Assembly (NCBI GenBank): GCA_037129895.1
Contig: JBAXUB010000002.1
Coordinates: 463-64,462 of the forward strand
Reading direction: 5' to 3'
Source: Candidatus Tayloriibacteriota bacterium
GTDB lineage: Bacteria > Patescibacteriota > Minisyncoccia > Phycocordibacterales > PALSA-1337
DNA: 64,000 nt
Under the pieces are notes generated by a model, which was not told the origin of the DNA, did no database searches, and was given only the letters and a program-made list of their open reading frames with translations. Position numbers and translations under genes: made by a program. Every line of letters begins with the position of its first letter. Position 1 is the first letter of the stretch. Shown here one piece after another: positions 9,992 through 17,980 of this stretch.

Positions 9992-10108
9992 TTAAACCAC
10001 CCATTCCGGCTGATCCAGCAACTGCCTCATCTGATTGAGCGAAGTCTCAGGAAAATCAAACAAATCCTGCCATTTTACGGTTCGGAACTCGTTGAGATTC
10101 GGGAGCAA
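9992..10108 (-). other. Probable att junction carrying the alternative C-terminal coding segment of the recombinase
   Basis: Start-less frame LLPNLNEFRTVKWQDLFDFPETSLNQMRQLLDQPEWVV*. On the + strand the junction reads GGAGCAA, like a tRNA-Asn 3' end, followed by a hairpin. Confidence 0.55.
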
Positions 10109-10150
10109 TTGAAAAAGCTAACGCACGATAGTGCGTCTTTTTCAATTGCT
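10104..10150. terminator. Long hairpin (AGCAATTGAAAAAG...CTTTTTCAATTGCT)
   Basis: 14-bp perfect outer stem plus inner ACGCAC/GTGCGT; plausibly the original tRNA terminator. Confidence 0.65.
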
Positions 10151-10289
10151 GAGGGAGAACAAGCGAAGCTTGCGTCAGGATGAGAACAGCGAGCGATGTT
10201 TCGAGCAGCGGCGAGAAACCGTGAGCCGGTGGCCAGGACGAACGAGCGGGTAGCGAGTGAGGACGAGGCCGAATCCTGCTCCCGGAGCC
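10148..10289 (+). repeat. GC-rich structured element ending in a tRNA-Asn 3' fragment (CGAATCCTGCTCCCGGAGCC)
   Basis: T-arm 3' half, acceptor 3' strand TCCCGGA and discriminator G at 10270-10289. Degenerate inverted copy (CAGGATGAGAAC) at 10176-10187. Confidence 0.7.
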
Positions 10290-10326
10290 CTTGATCTGTA
10301 CCTTTAAAAAGTAGGCGTGACTGATA

Positions 10327-11025
10327 CTAGCAATCCTTTGGTCTCCTCCAAAATTTATACTTCTTATTTTGTATATCTACCAATCTCTCCAATTTATCCC
10401 AATTCTGCCCACTATTCCCTTCATCAAACATCTGATTTAAAGAATCTCCAGTAATTCCGGCAAACATTGCAGAAATCTCATATCTCACACCTTGATTATC
10501 ATTAGGGTTAAGACCTAATAGCAGTCTAAACAATTCCTCAGCTTTTGTATAATCACTATTATCCCAATACAGATCTGCCATATACTGAATAGCTCTTAGT
10601 GGCGCCCTGTGCTCCATAAGTCCCCATTCTAATCTTTTTGGCCATACAGGGAACATCTTCTTGGTTTTATCAAATCCATTTATAATACATTCCTCTCTTT
10701 TCTTTAAATCTTTCTTTCTTGAGTATACTGACACCAAGCCAACATAAGTTTGTACATAATCTGGATCAATATCTTTTGCTTTGAGCAACATCATTTCGGC
10801 AGATTTATAGTCATCTATATTCAACACTTCCATTGCGTCGTAATACAGGTCATCTATATTTTGAACCCTCATGGACATAACGCTATTTTTGAGATTTTGT
10901 TCATCAAAAGCTTTCATCAAACCATCATACGAATTTGTTGTACCATTTTTCATACCACTACAGATCATACAATCATCACAGCCTCCTAATTCCTTTTTCT
11001 TATTCTTTGATCTTGAGTTTTTCAT
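10327..11025 (-). CDS. TPR-containing hypothetical protein
   Basis: TPR-like helices and LNPNDNQGVRY motif. Confidence 0.75.
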   Translation of the reverse strand: MKNSRSKNKKKELGGCDDCMICSGMKNGTTNSYDGLMKAFDEQNLKNSVMSMRVQNIDDLYYDAMEVLNIDDYKSAEMMLLKAKDIDPDYVQTYVGLVSVYSRKKDLKKREECIINGFDKTKKMFPVWPKRLEWGLMEHRAPLRAIQYMADLYWDNSDYTKAEELFRLLLGLNPNDNQGVRYEISAMFAGITGDSLNQMFDEGNSGQNWDKLERLVDIQNKKYKFWRRPKDC

Positions 11026-11029
11026 ATGA

Positions 11030-11218
11030 TTATTTTTTCATTTCTTCATAGTTATCCTTGCCACCAATCACTCTCACATAATCCTCACACCCATCAACAT
11101 CAATAGCCCCGCATTTGCATGAGGTCATTTTCTTGTGAGTATTCCAATAGATTTCATCACCGCACTTCTTGCACTTGATGTAGGTTTCTATTTTATTTCG
11201 GTTTGCAACAGGATTCAT
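11030..11218 (-). CDS. Small Zn-finger protein
   Basis: IKCKKCGD...CKCGAIDVDG. Confidence 0.75.
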   Translation of the reverse strand: MNPVANRNKIETYIKCKKCGDEIYWNTHKKMTSCKCGAIDVDGCEDYVRVIGGKDNYEEMKK

Positions 11219-11223
11219 AGCGG

Positions 11224-12510
11224 TTAATTTTCTTTATTTATCTCGAGTAGCCATTCATGTAGGGGTTTAAAGGAAATTGTCAGCCCATCTTTTTCTACCT
11301 CACGCTTTTCATCCCAGGTAAGCATAGTAAGGTTCTTTACATTCAATTCACCGCTTGCTTCCACCAGTGCTTTTATTTCTCTCTGTTCAACATCTGAATT
11401 TATTGATTCAAAGCACACCTGCACAAGCTCTGTTACTACATGTCCTTTGATAAGCAAAAAATCAATTTCTCGATCATTACGAGTCTTGTAGTAGAACAAT
11501 TCACGATTCGGTTTGTTGCCTCTTTTAACAAGTTCTATAAAAACAAGGTTTTCCATGAGCTTTCCTTTATCTGGTGAGTGTTGGACAGCTTTTGCAAGGA
11601 CAAAACCATTATCAACCACAAATATTTTGCGAGGCGATTTTATTCTAGTAACAGACTTTGGAGAATACTGATGCAACGAGAAAACAAGGTATGCCTCTTC
11701 AAGGTAATCTATATATTTTTCAACAGTCGTTGTACTCTTCAGATTTAATACGTCCATTATTTTTCGGACCGTGTACAAATTTGAGAAATTATTTATGAGA
11801 TGTGAACCAAGATTTCCTACTTGAGTAGAAAATTTCACTTTATGTCTCTTCACCACATCTTTAAATAGGAGTGCATCAAACAATACACCTAGATAATCAC
11901 GGGGGTCGGCATTGTTTACGGCAACTTCTGGAAAACCACCATTCACCATGTAGTTCTCCATAAGGTTGAGTAACTCTCCGTGATTCTTTGGAAGCATTCT
12001 GTATTCAGAATTAGTATCAAATTTCTTTGCTTTCAAAAATTCATTGAAATCAAATGGCAATATTTCTATTGGCATATGTCTACCCGTTAAGTGTGTTGCG
12101 AGTTCTTTTGAAAGTAGGTGGGCATTAGATCCTGTAAGGACGAGGTTATATCCTTCACGATGTAAACGGTTCACGAAAAGTTCCCAGTTCGGCAGGTTTT
12201 GTATTTCATCAAAAAGAATAGTTTTGACTTGACCATACTCCGCATGTAACTCCTTCATCAATTCATTGGTATTTATTCCACCATTACTTGCTATGACTTC
12301 ATCATCAAAGTTGAAGTACATAAATGGTCGATCTCTAAGGAGTACCAAAGAAAAGACAGATTTTCCCGCTCGACGAGGACCAAGTATCACTTTTATTAAA
12401 TCAGAATTAAGCCATTTCCGTGCAAATGGTTCTTTACTTCTTTGTATGTAAGCAAGCGATAAAAGCTGTTCTTTTTGCTCTTTTTGATTGGATACTATGG
12501 TTTTTAGCAT
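11224..12510 (-). CDS. AAA_14 ATPase with DUF4143 C-terminal domain
   Basis: GPRRAGKS, FDEIQ, LTGS, LTGR, GGFPE, ENLVFIEL and EIDF motifs. Confidence 0.93.
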   Translation of the reverse strand: MLKTIVSNQKEQKEQLLSLAYIQRSKEPFARKWLNSDLIKVILGPRRAGKSVFSLVLLRDRPFMYFNFDDEVIASNGGINTNELMKELHAEYGQVKTILFDEIQNLPNWELFVNRLHREGYNLVLTGSNAHLLSKELATHLTGRHMPIEILPFDFNEFLKAKKFDTNSEYRMLPKNHGELLNLMENYMVNGGFPEVAVNNADPRDYLGVLFDALLFKDVVKRHKVKFSTQVGNLGSHLINNFSNLYTVRKIMDVLNLKSTTTVEKYIDYLEEAYLVFSLHQYSPKSVTRIKSPRKIFVVDNGFVLAKAVQHSPDKGKLMENLVFIELVKRGNKPNRELFYYKTRNDREIDFLLIKGHVVTELVQVCFESINSDVEQREIKALVEASGELNVKNLTMLTWDEKREVEKDGLTISFKPLHEWLLEINKEN

Positions 12511-12542
12511 ATTATTTTGGTTCTAGTGGTCAAAATATGTCT

Positions 12543-12577
12543 TTTTTGACCAGTACAAGTATTATACTGGTCAAAAA
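12543..12577. promoter_or_regulatory. Operator-like inverted repeat over the AAA_14 gene promoter
   Basis: TTTTTGACCAGTA-N9-TACTGGTCAAAAA overlapping a minus-strand TATAAT (12561-12566); extra half-site at 12527-12535. Confidence 0.6.
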
Positions 12578-12691
12578 GGATAAAAACAAGGAGTTATGCA
12601 CAGACGGCTCTTTCTTGCAGATAATTGTTTACAAGGAGCAAATTTTAAGAAAATATGGCTATAAACAATATTCTGTGAAGATTTTCCTTGT

Positions 12692-13012
12692 ATGCAAAAT
12701 ACATACATGGAAATCGAATCTCAGAAACAAATAGACATCAAGAAAAAAGAGGTTGAGCAGGAAATTATAGAACTTTTAGCTGAAACCGAAAGCCATTTTA
12801 CTTTAGACCATGTCAAAGATGTTATTTACAATGAGGATGGTCAGGATGCTTTGACTGATGCTGTGGCTATGTTTGATAACGGACAAGGTGGTATCGAACT
12901 TCAAAATGTCCTCGATGTTCTCAATGATGCTTGGAATTATTTTCCCCACAAAATCATAGGGGGACTTTCACCTGCTGAGAAATTGCTTGAGTATAACAAC
13001 AGGAAGAAATAA
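12692..13012 (+). CDS. Hypothetical protein
   Basis: 106-aa acidic ORF with NDAWNYFPHK..GGLSPAE motif. Confidence 0.75.
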   Translation: MQNTYMEIESQKQIDIKKKEVEQEIIELLAETESHFTLDHVKDVIYNEDGQDALTDAVAMFDNGQGGIELQNVLDVLNDAWNYFPHKIIGGLSPAEKLLEYNNRKK

Positions 13013-13057
13013 GACGCTCACTATCTAACAAACTCCGCCACCTCCCTCTCACTCGGT

Positions 13058-13153
13058 TGTGTAATCTTGAACAATCCATCCCTATAATTCGGGATATAAA
13101 TGTGCTCTTTATTGGTCTTCCAAAAGGTTATTACCTCGCGCACAACGTCGGGC
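13058..13153. repeat. 96-bp direct repeat, copy 1
   Basis: Identical to 13891-13986 except one G/A difference. Confidence 0.95.
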
Positions 13154-13285
13154 ATTTGACAACTGTGGTAAGTCGTGTAAATATTATCTCGGATAGAATT
13201 TTTCTTTGTTTTCCACAAACAACAATTATATTCAATGACCAGAGACTTGGTCAGAACAAAGAAAACACAGCAAGCACGTTTATAT

Positions 13286-13804
13286 ATGATAAAATTAAAA
13301 GTCATCAAACTTGGGACCGTTTGTAAAGACAATGCTACTGATCTCAATGGAACTGTTACTCATTGGATTTGTAATATGGGCAAACGCATTGATTATCTCT
13401 TCCAGCCCCCTGGAACAAATCCAGACGATGGACAACCCTTAAAGAAAATCATCCTTGAGGAGGAACGATTGAAACTTTCGGACGACCAGTTCGAGGAAGT
13501 CGAAATTCCGTTCGAAATTCTCGGCACAGAGGTCATAAACAACGCAAGTGGATTCAATGGAATGGCCGTCGAATTCGTTCGCCACGTCAATGGTTGCTTC
13601 CATGTTGTCATCCAACCTAAAGGCGTACTAAGGAAAACCAACTCTCCGATTCACAAGGCTGAATTTGACCTCCGGGAATGTAGCGGAAAAATGATTGCCA
13701 AAATGAACGAGGAAGAATTGAAAAAGAGCAAGGAAAAAAATCCGTCTCCAACCAATGACTCGTTTGAAAAATGGCGCCCCATTGCCAATTCAACTGCTCG
13801 ATAA
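13286..13804 (+). CDS. Hypothetical protein with an internally duplicated phage-like domain
   Basis: Two similar halves (LGTVCKDNATDLNG / LGTEVINNASGFNG); followed by a terminator. Confidence 0.8.
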   Translation: MIKLKVIKLGTVCKDNATDLNGTVTHWICNMGKRIDYLFQPPGTNPDDGQPLKKIILEEERLKLSDDQFEEVEIPFEILGTEVINNASGFNGMAVEFVRHVNGCFHVVIQPKGVLRKTNSPIHKAEFDLRECSGKMIAKMNEEELKKSKEKNPSPTNDSFEKWRPIANSTAR

Positions 13805-13811
13805 TAACCAC

Positions 13812-13856
13812 GCCTGTCTCAAAGGAAAACCGGTTTCCTAGAGACGGGTTTTTTTT
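13812..13856 (+). terminator. Rho-independent terminator
   Basis: GCCTGTCTC...GAGACGGGT plus T-run. Confidence 0.8.
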
Positions 13857-13890
13857 GCCTAAATATTTTTGTTATACTTTTTCAATCGAC

Positions 13891-13986
13891 TGTGTAATCT
13901 TAAACAATCCATCCCTATAATTCGGGATATAAATGTGCTCTTTATTGGTCTTCCAAAAGGTTATTACCTCGCGCACAACGTCGGGC
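13891..13986. repeat. 96-bp direct repeat, copy 2
   Basis: See 13058-13153. Confidence 0.95.
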
Positions 13987-14086
13987 CGATTATTTAGGAT
14001 TTGTTAGGACTATTTTTTGTGAACTAGATAGGGTTCAGAGCTTTTGATATAATTCTGTAGTTAATAATTTATTAATTAAAAAAATA

Positions 14087-14380
14087 ATGAATAAACATAT
14101 TTTGAAAGATAACCCGCAAGGCCACTGGTTCAAAGCAAAGCTATACGGCTGGGGTTGGACACCAGTAAAATGGCAGGGATGGCTTGTTATAGTTGCATAT
14201 ATCGCACTCATTGTGACTCTCATTCTCACAAGAGAAGCGGATATTCCAGGTAATCCTGATTCAGGAAGCAATTTCCTAACATTGGCTTTACCAATCATTT
14301 TACTGACCATTCTACTCATCATTATCTGTTACAAGAAAGGAGAAAAGCCACGCTGGCAGTGGGGACCACCTAAGAAGTAA
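14087..14380 (+). CDS. Small two-TM membrane protein
   Basis: WFKAKLYGWGWTPVKWQGW...KGEKPRWQWG. Confidence 0.85.
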   Translation: MNKHILKDNPQGHWFKAKLYGWGWTPVKWQGWLVIVAYIALIVTLILTREADIPGNPDSGSNFLTLALPIILLTILLIIICYKKGEKPRWQWGPPKK

Positions 14381-14471
14381 TTCCTACATATTATTTAGCC
14401 ATAAATCAAGCGCTATTTTTGATACCCATTATGATGCTTTAAACTCATTATATTTGTGTTATACTTTTTTA

Positions 14472-15272
14472 ATGCAAAAGATTATGAGCAAAATTCATCT
14501 TCATTCCCGCTGGAAACTTGCGATTAAGACTATTCCTTTTATATTGGTTATTATATTTTTGAAGTTTATTTCTCACTATTTGGGTTATGAGTTTTTAACT
14601 CTGAACTCTTTATTTACAGCCATTATATCTGCCAATGTCTTTCTGATCGGATTTTTGATTTCTGGTGTATTGGTAGATTATAAAGAAAGTGAGAAGCTGC
14701 CTGGAGATTTGGCGTCTAGTTTAGAGACCATGGCAGATGAGGCTCTTATAATCCATAAGAATAAGAAAAGCATTGAGGCTAAAAATCTCTTAATGAAATT
14801 ATCTACGTTCAATAAAACGTTGATAGATTGGTTCTATAAGAAAGAAAAGACTGATGTTCTTATGGTGAAATTGCGTTCTTTCAATGACGATTTCCTTCTT
14901 CTTGAAAATCAAACTCAAGCAAATTTCATTGTTCGTCTTAAACAAGAACAAAACTCTGTGAGAAAGATGATAACTAGGATTCATACTATTAGGGAAACAT
15001 CATTCTTGGGGACAGGTTATGCTATTGCCGAAATAATTACTTTTGTTCTTGTTACCGGTTTGGTATTTATTAAGATGGACCCATTTTATGAGAGCATATT
15101 TTTTGTTTCCTTTGTTAGTTTCATTCTAATTTATATGATCTATTTCATTAAAGATTTAGACAATCCATTTGGGTATTATGAGGGGGAAAATAATTTAGTT
15201 GAGGAGGTTTCTCTAAAACCTCTTCTCGATAGCAAAAAGAGGATGGATGAGTGTCTAAATAGTATTCAATAA
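14472..15272 (+). CDS. Membrane protein, bestrophin-like/DUF4239-like
   Basis: 2+2 TM helices and DLDNPF motif. Confidence 0.7.
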   Translation: MQKIMSKIHLHSRWKLAIKTIPFILVIIFLKFISHYLGYEFLTLNSLFTAIISANVFLIGFLISGVLVDYKESEKLPGDLASSLETMADEALIIHKNKKSIEAKNLLMKLSTFNKTLIDWFYKKEKTDVLMVKLRSFNDDFLLLENQTQANFIVRLKQEQNSVRKMITRIHTIRETSFLGTGYAIAEIITFVLVTGLVFIKMDPFYESIFFVSFVSFILIYMIYFIKDLDNPFGYYEGENNLVEEVSLKPLLDSKKRMDECLNSIQ

Positions 15273-15311
15273 CTTGTTGGATGTTTCATAATAGTTTGAT
15301 ATAATTATCCC

Positions 15312-15395
15312 ATGGCCCCAGGTGATAAAAGAGCATTATTAATACTTCTCGTGGTTATCGTTTTGGCTGCACTATACTGGAAAATGTTTTTGTAG
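15312..15395 (+). CDS. Small hydrophobic peptide (27 aa)
   Basis: MAPGDKRALLILLVVIVLAALYWKMFL; TATAAT lies 6 nt upstream of the ATG. Confidence 0.45.
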   Translation: MAPGDKRALLILLVVIVLAALYWKMFL

Positions 15396-15508
15396 TAGCC
15401 GAACGAGTTTCACGTGTTATACATACCATTCCCATGCAAGCAATGAAAATTGTGAGTTTTTGGCATACTTACGTACTATTTATCCTCAATGTCTGCTACA
15501 ATGTAGAT

Positions 15509-15955
15509 ATGAAAAAATCACTACCAATCATATTTGCACTCGTATTATTATTGTGCGGTATCTTGTACCTAACATATGGACCAAAGAAGGATGTTGCAGA
15601 GTCTCCTCAATTTCCCCAAATAGCGAACATGTCATCATCAACAGGACTAGCCAATCCAGCTTCTGTCAATTGCACTAAACAAGGCGGCACTTTAACTATT
15701 CAAAAGAATGGAAACGGCGATGAATACGGGTTATGTAGTTTTGATGACAATCGAGCTTGTGAAGAATGGGCACTACTTCGAGGTGAATGTCCAGTCGGTG
15801 GTAGAAAAACAACTGGATATGACACGATCGACCAAAACTATTGTGCATGGCTCGGTGGCGAGACTTATGCTGTTGCGGACTCTATCTGTACGCTAAAAAA
15901 TGGTACAAAATGCAAAACAATAGATCTGTATAACGGCAAATGTTCTACTAATTAG
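15509..15955 (+). CDS. DUF333 (putative hemolysin-domain) exported protein
   Basis: N-terminal TM; LANPASVNCTKQGG...GLC...CEEWALLRGEC and a second Cys repeat. Confidence 0.88.
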   Translation: MKKSLPIIFALVLLLCGILYLTYGPKKDVAESPQFPQIANMSSSTGLANPASVNCTKQGGTLTIQKNGNGDEYGLCSFDDNRACEEWALLRGECPVGGRKTTGYDTIDQNYCAWLGGETYAVADSICTLKNGTKCKTIDLYNGKCSTN

Positions 15956-16070
15956 ACACTAGTGTCACTGGTTGTCAGCTCTTGACAAATTTTGGTATTG
16001 AGGTAGATTTGCGTTAGAGTGTCACTAGACACTTGTTCAGTTAACCAATAAACGAAAAGGAAGAGCACAT

Positions 16071-16742
16071 ATGAAAACGCAATACGTACTACTCATCACC
16101 ATGGCAACTGGCCTCCTGACCTCTAAAGTCACGGCCCAAACACAAGAAGATGATCCCAAGGCATCTTTCGGCATCACTGCCGGCATCATGGCTATCCAAC
16201 CCAGTAGCAAGAGCTACGCACACGACACCCATCCGGGTGATTCGTTCCTGCCTAACTCAGGGCAACCTGGCTCGGCGGGCGAAACATCAATCGACAGTTT
16301 CCAGCCATTTGGCTCTGTCGGGTTGCGCTACGCTCACCCCATCTCGGCCATTTCTCCGAAGCTTCTGTGGAAGATCGAGGCCGGCGGACTATTCGGTAAC
16401 GCAGAGACTCGCCAAAAGAACGCCAACGATCCTCGTGCAGATGGCAGTTCGGCATATGTCTATTCACGTGCCCAGTTCGGTTTCTACGGTAATGTTGGAC
16501 TGCAATATTACATCTGGAACGACAGTCTATATATCGGTGGAGACATCGGCATAACCGGTCTATTCATCGATAACGGCTGGGAGCGATTCGGTAGCAAACA
16601 AAGTGAAAGTACGAAAACCGAAGCGTATTTCACTGCTGGCCCGACGATCGGATACGTCTTCGACAAGACTATACTAGTCGAAGCAAGTGCCCAATTTGGC
16701 GGCTGCACCGGCATCGGAGTGAAACTTGGGATTCTATTCTGA
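16071..16742 (+). CDS. Outer-membrane beta-barrel-like exported protein
   Basis: Signal peptide, alternating Gly/aromatic strands (FGSVGLRY, FYGNVGLQYY, AGPTIGYVF), C-terminal Phe. Confidence 0.65.
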   Translation: MKTQYVLLITMATGLLTSKVTAQTQEDDPKASFGITAGIMAIQPSSKSYAHDTHPGDSFLPNSGQPGSAGETSIDSFQPFGSVGLRYAHPISAISPKLLWKIEAGGLFGNAETRQKNANDPRADGSSAYVYSRAQFGFYGNVGLQYYIWNDSLYIGGDIGITGLFIDNGWERFGSKQSESTKTEAYFTAGPTIGYVFDKTILVEASAQFGGCTGIGVKLGILF

Positions 16743-16773
16743 GTCCCCTGCAAAGTGCGACCATTCTTCATCG

Positions 16774-16808
16774 ATTGCGCCTTCTGAATAAGTTGGCGCA
16801 ATTTTTTT
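16774..16808 (+). terminator. Rho-independent terminator
   Basis: ATTGCGCC...GGCGCAAT plus T-run. Confidence 0.8.
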
Positions 16809-16879
16809 ATATATTTATCCTGCTATTAACAAGTACATCCATTCCTATAACAACACCAATTTGATATAATAGGTCCGTA

Positions 16880-17911
16880 ATGAACTTTTCTATCAACTAT
16901 TTCTTGATTTTTGAATCACTGGCTTTTATATCATTTGCACTAGTCATAGCGCGTGAGATATATCACCGCAATTATTTGCGACTATTCGAAATAGTGAGCT
17001 GTGCTGTTTTCGGTATGATATTGGAGATAGGAAACACATATCTTGCTCACACATACTCATATAGCACTAGCTTCCTATTCAATCTAGCACATGTCCCAGT
17101 CGCTATAGGACTTAGCTGGGCAGTCATCATATATTGTGTGATGTTACTCAGCGATCAATACAATATTCCTTGGCATCTACGACCTTTCATGGATGCATTG
17201 GGAGCAGTACTTCTGGATATGACAATGGATATAGTCGCCATTAGGTTAGGATTCTGGACATGGACTATTCCGCTCAATACTGAATGGTATGGCGTACCAT
17301 TCGAAAATCTAGTCGGCTGGATACTCGTGGTACTTTCTTTCTCATTCATCATTCGTTTCATTCGCACATTGAATCCAAGGAGACTACTTACGATATTCAT
17401 CATGGTGATGTCACCATTTCTATCGTATATCGGACTTTTACTCGGATTGACCATATTCAGTGTTATCGCAATACTTCCATATCAGATCAATAATTGGACA
17501 TTACTATTGCAATTCCATTATGCACCTGACTTTTCTACATTAGCTGATCCACAAGTACAATTTTGGAAATTGATAATATTCACAGTTATCATGACTGAAC
17601 TCATCCATATAGTATTGTGGTCACTCATCAAATATCGCAGAAAATACCTGAAACATTTTGACATACTATCGTTTTTGAGTATTACCGGCATGCATTCGAT
17701 CATCTGTATTACTGTATTTACAACTGGTCTATATAGAGAACTACCGATACTCATATTCATATCTCTTTCTGGTCTGCTCATACACCTCTTGATGCATTTT
17801 CTACCTTATATGATGAACCCAAAGAAAATATATCTATTCAGAGCGGTTGCCAAAACTATTGAAAATAAAGAGATGAAATTGGAAAGAGTTATAGAAGCCG
17901 AATTGAAATAG
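16880..17911 (+). CDS. Polytopic membrane protein, DUF422/CruF (carotenoid biosynthesis protein) family
   Basis: D...D.VA...G.WTW...YGVPFENLVGW motif. Confidence 0.75.
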   Translation: MNFSINYFLIFESLAFISFALVIAREIYHRNYLRLFEIVSCAVFGMILEIGNTYLAHTYSYSTSFLFNLAHVPVAIGLSWAVIIYCVMLLSDQYNIPWHLRPFMDALGAVLLDMTMDIVAIRLGFWTWTIPLNTEWYGVPFENLVGWILVVLSFSFIIRFIRTLNPRRLLTIFIMVMSPFLSYIGLLLGLTIFSVIAILPYQINNWTLLLQFHYAPDFSTLADPQVQFWKLIIFTVIMTELIHIVLWSLIKYRRKYLKHFDILSFLSITGMHSIICITVFTTGLYRELPILIFISLSGLLIHLLMHFLPYMMNPKKIYLFRAVAKTIENKEMKLERVIEAELK

Positions 17912-17924
17912 TATACGAAAATAG

Positions 17925-17953
17925 TTGACATTTCGATGTTCTGCTAGTATAAT
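17925..17953 (+). promoter_or_regulatory. Consensus sigma70 promoter
   Basis: TTGACA-17-TATAAT. Confidence 0.85.
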
Positions 17954-17980
17954 GAGCGGCAGATTAATAAACAGCAACGA

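Larger units (their letters stand above)
1..10108. mobile_element. Serine-recombinase integrative element carrying defence cargo, probably integrated at a tRNA-Asn 3' end; left end outside the window
   Basis: Recombinase, Rep-like/iteron module, DUF5659-like gene, R-M and TA cargo, and an att-like junction at ~10100-10108. Confidence 0.75.

Noticed and set aside
9968-10183. 71-aa plus-strand ORF
   Set aside because: Runs across the att-like junction and hairpin; the minus-strand recombinase-tail reading explains the region better.
10270-10289. Complete tRNA gene
   Set aside because: Only the 3' ~20 nt are present; no D or anticodon arm.
13058-13986. 96-bp repeats as a DGR template/variable repeat pair or as CRISPR repeats
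   Set aside because: Only one mismatch, only two copies, and no reverse transcriptase or cas gene in the window.
15406-15421. parS-like AGTTTCACGTGTTATA
   Set aside because: Right arm does not match, and it is far from parB.
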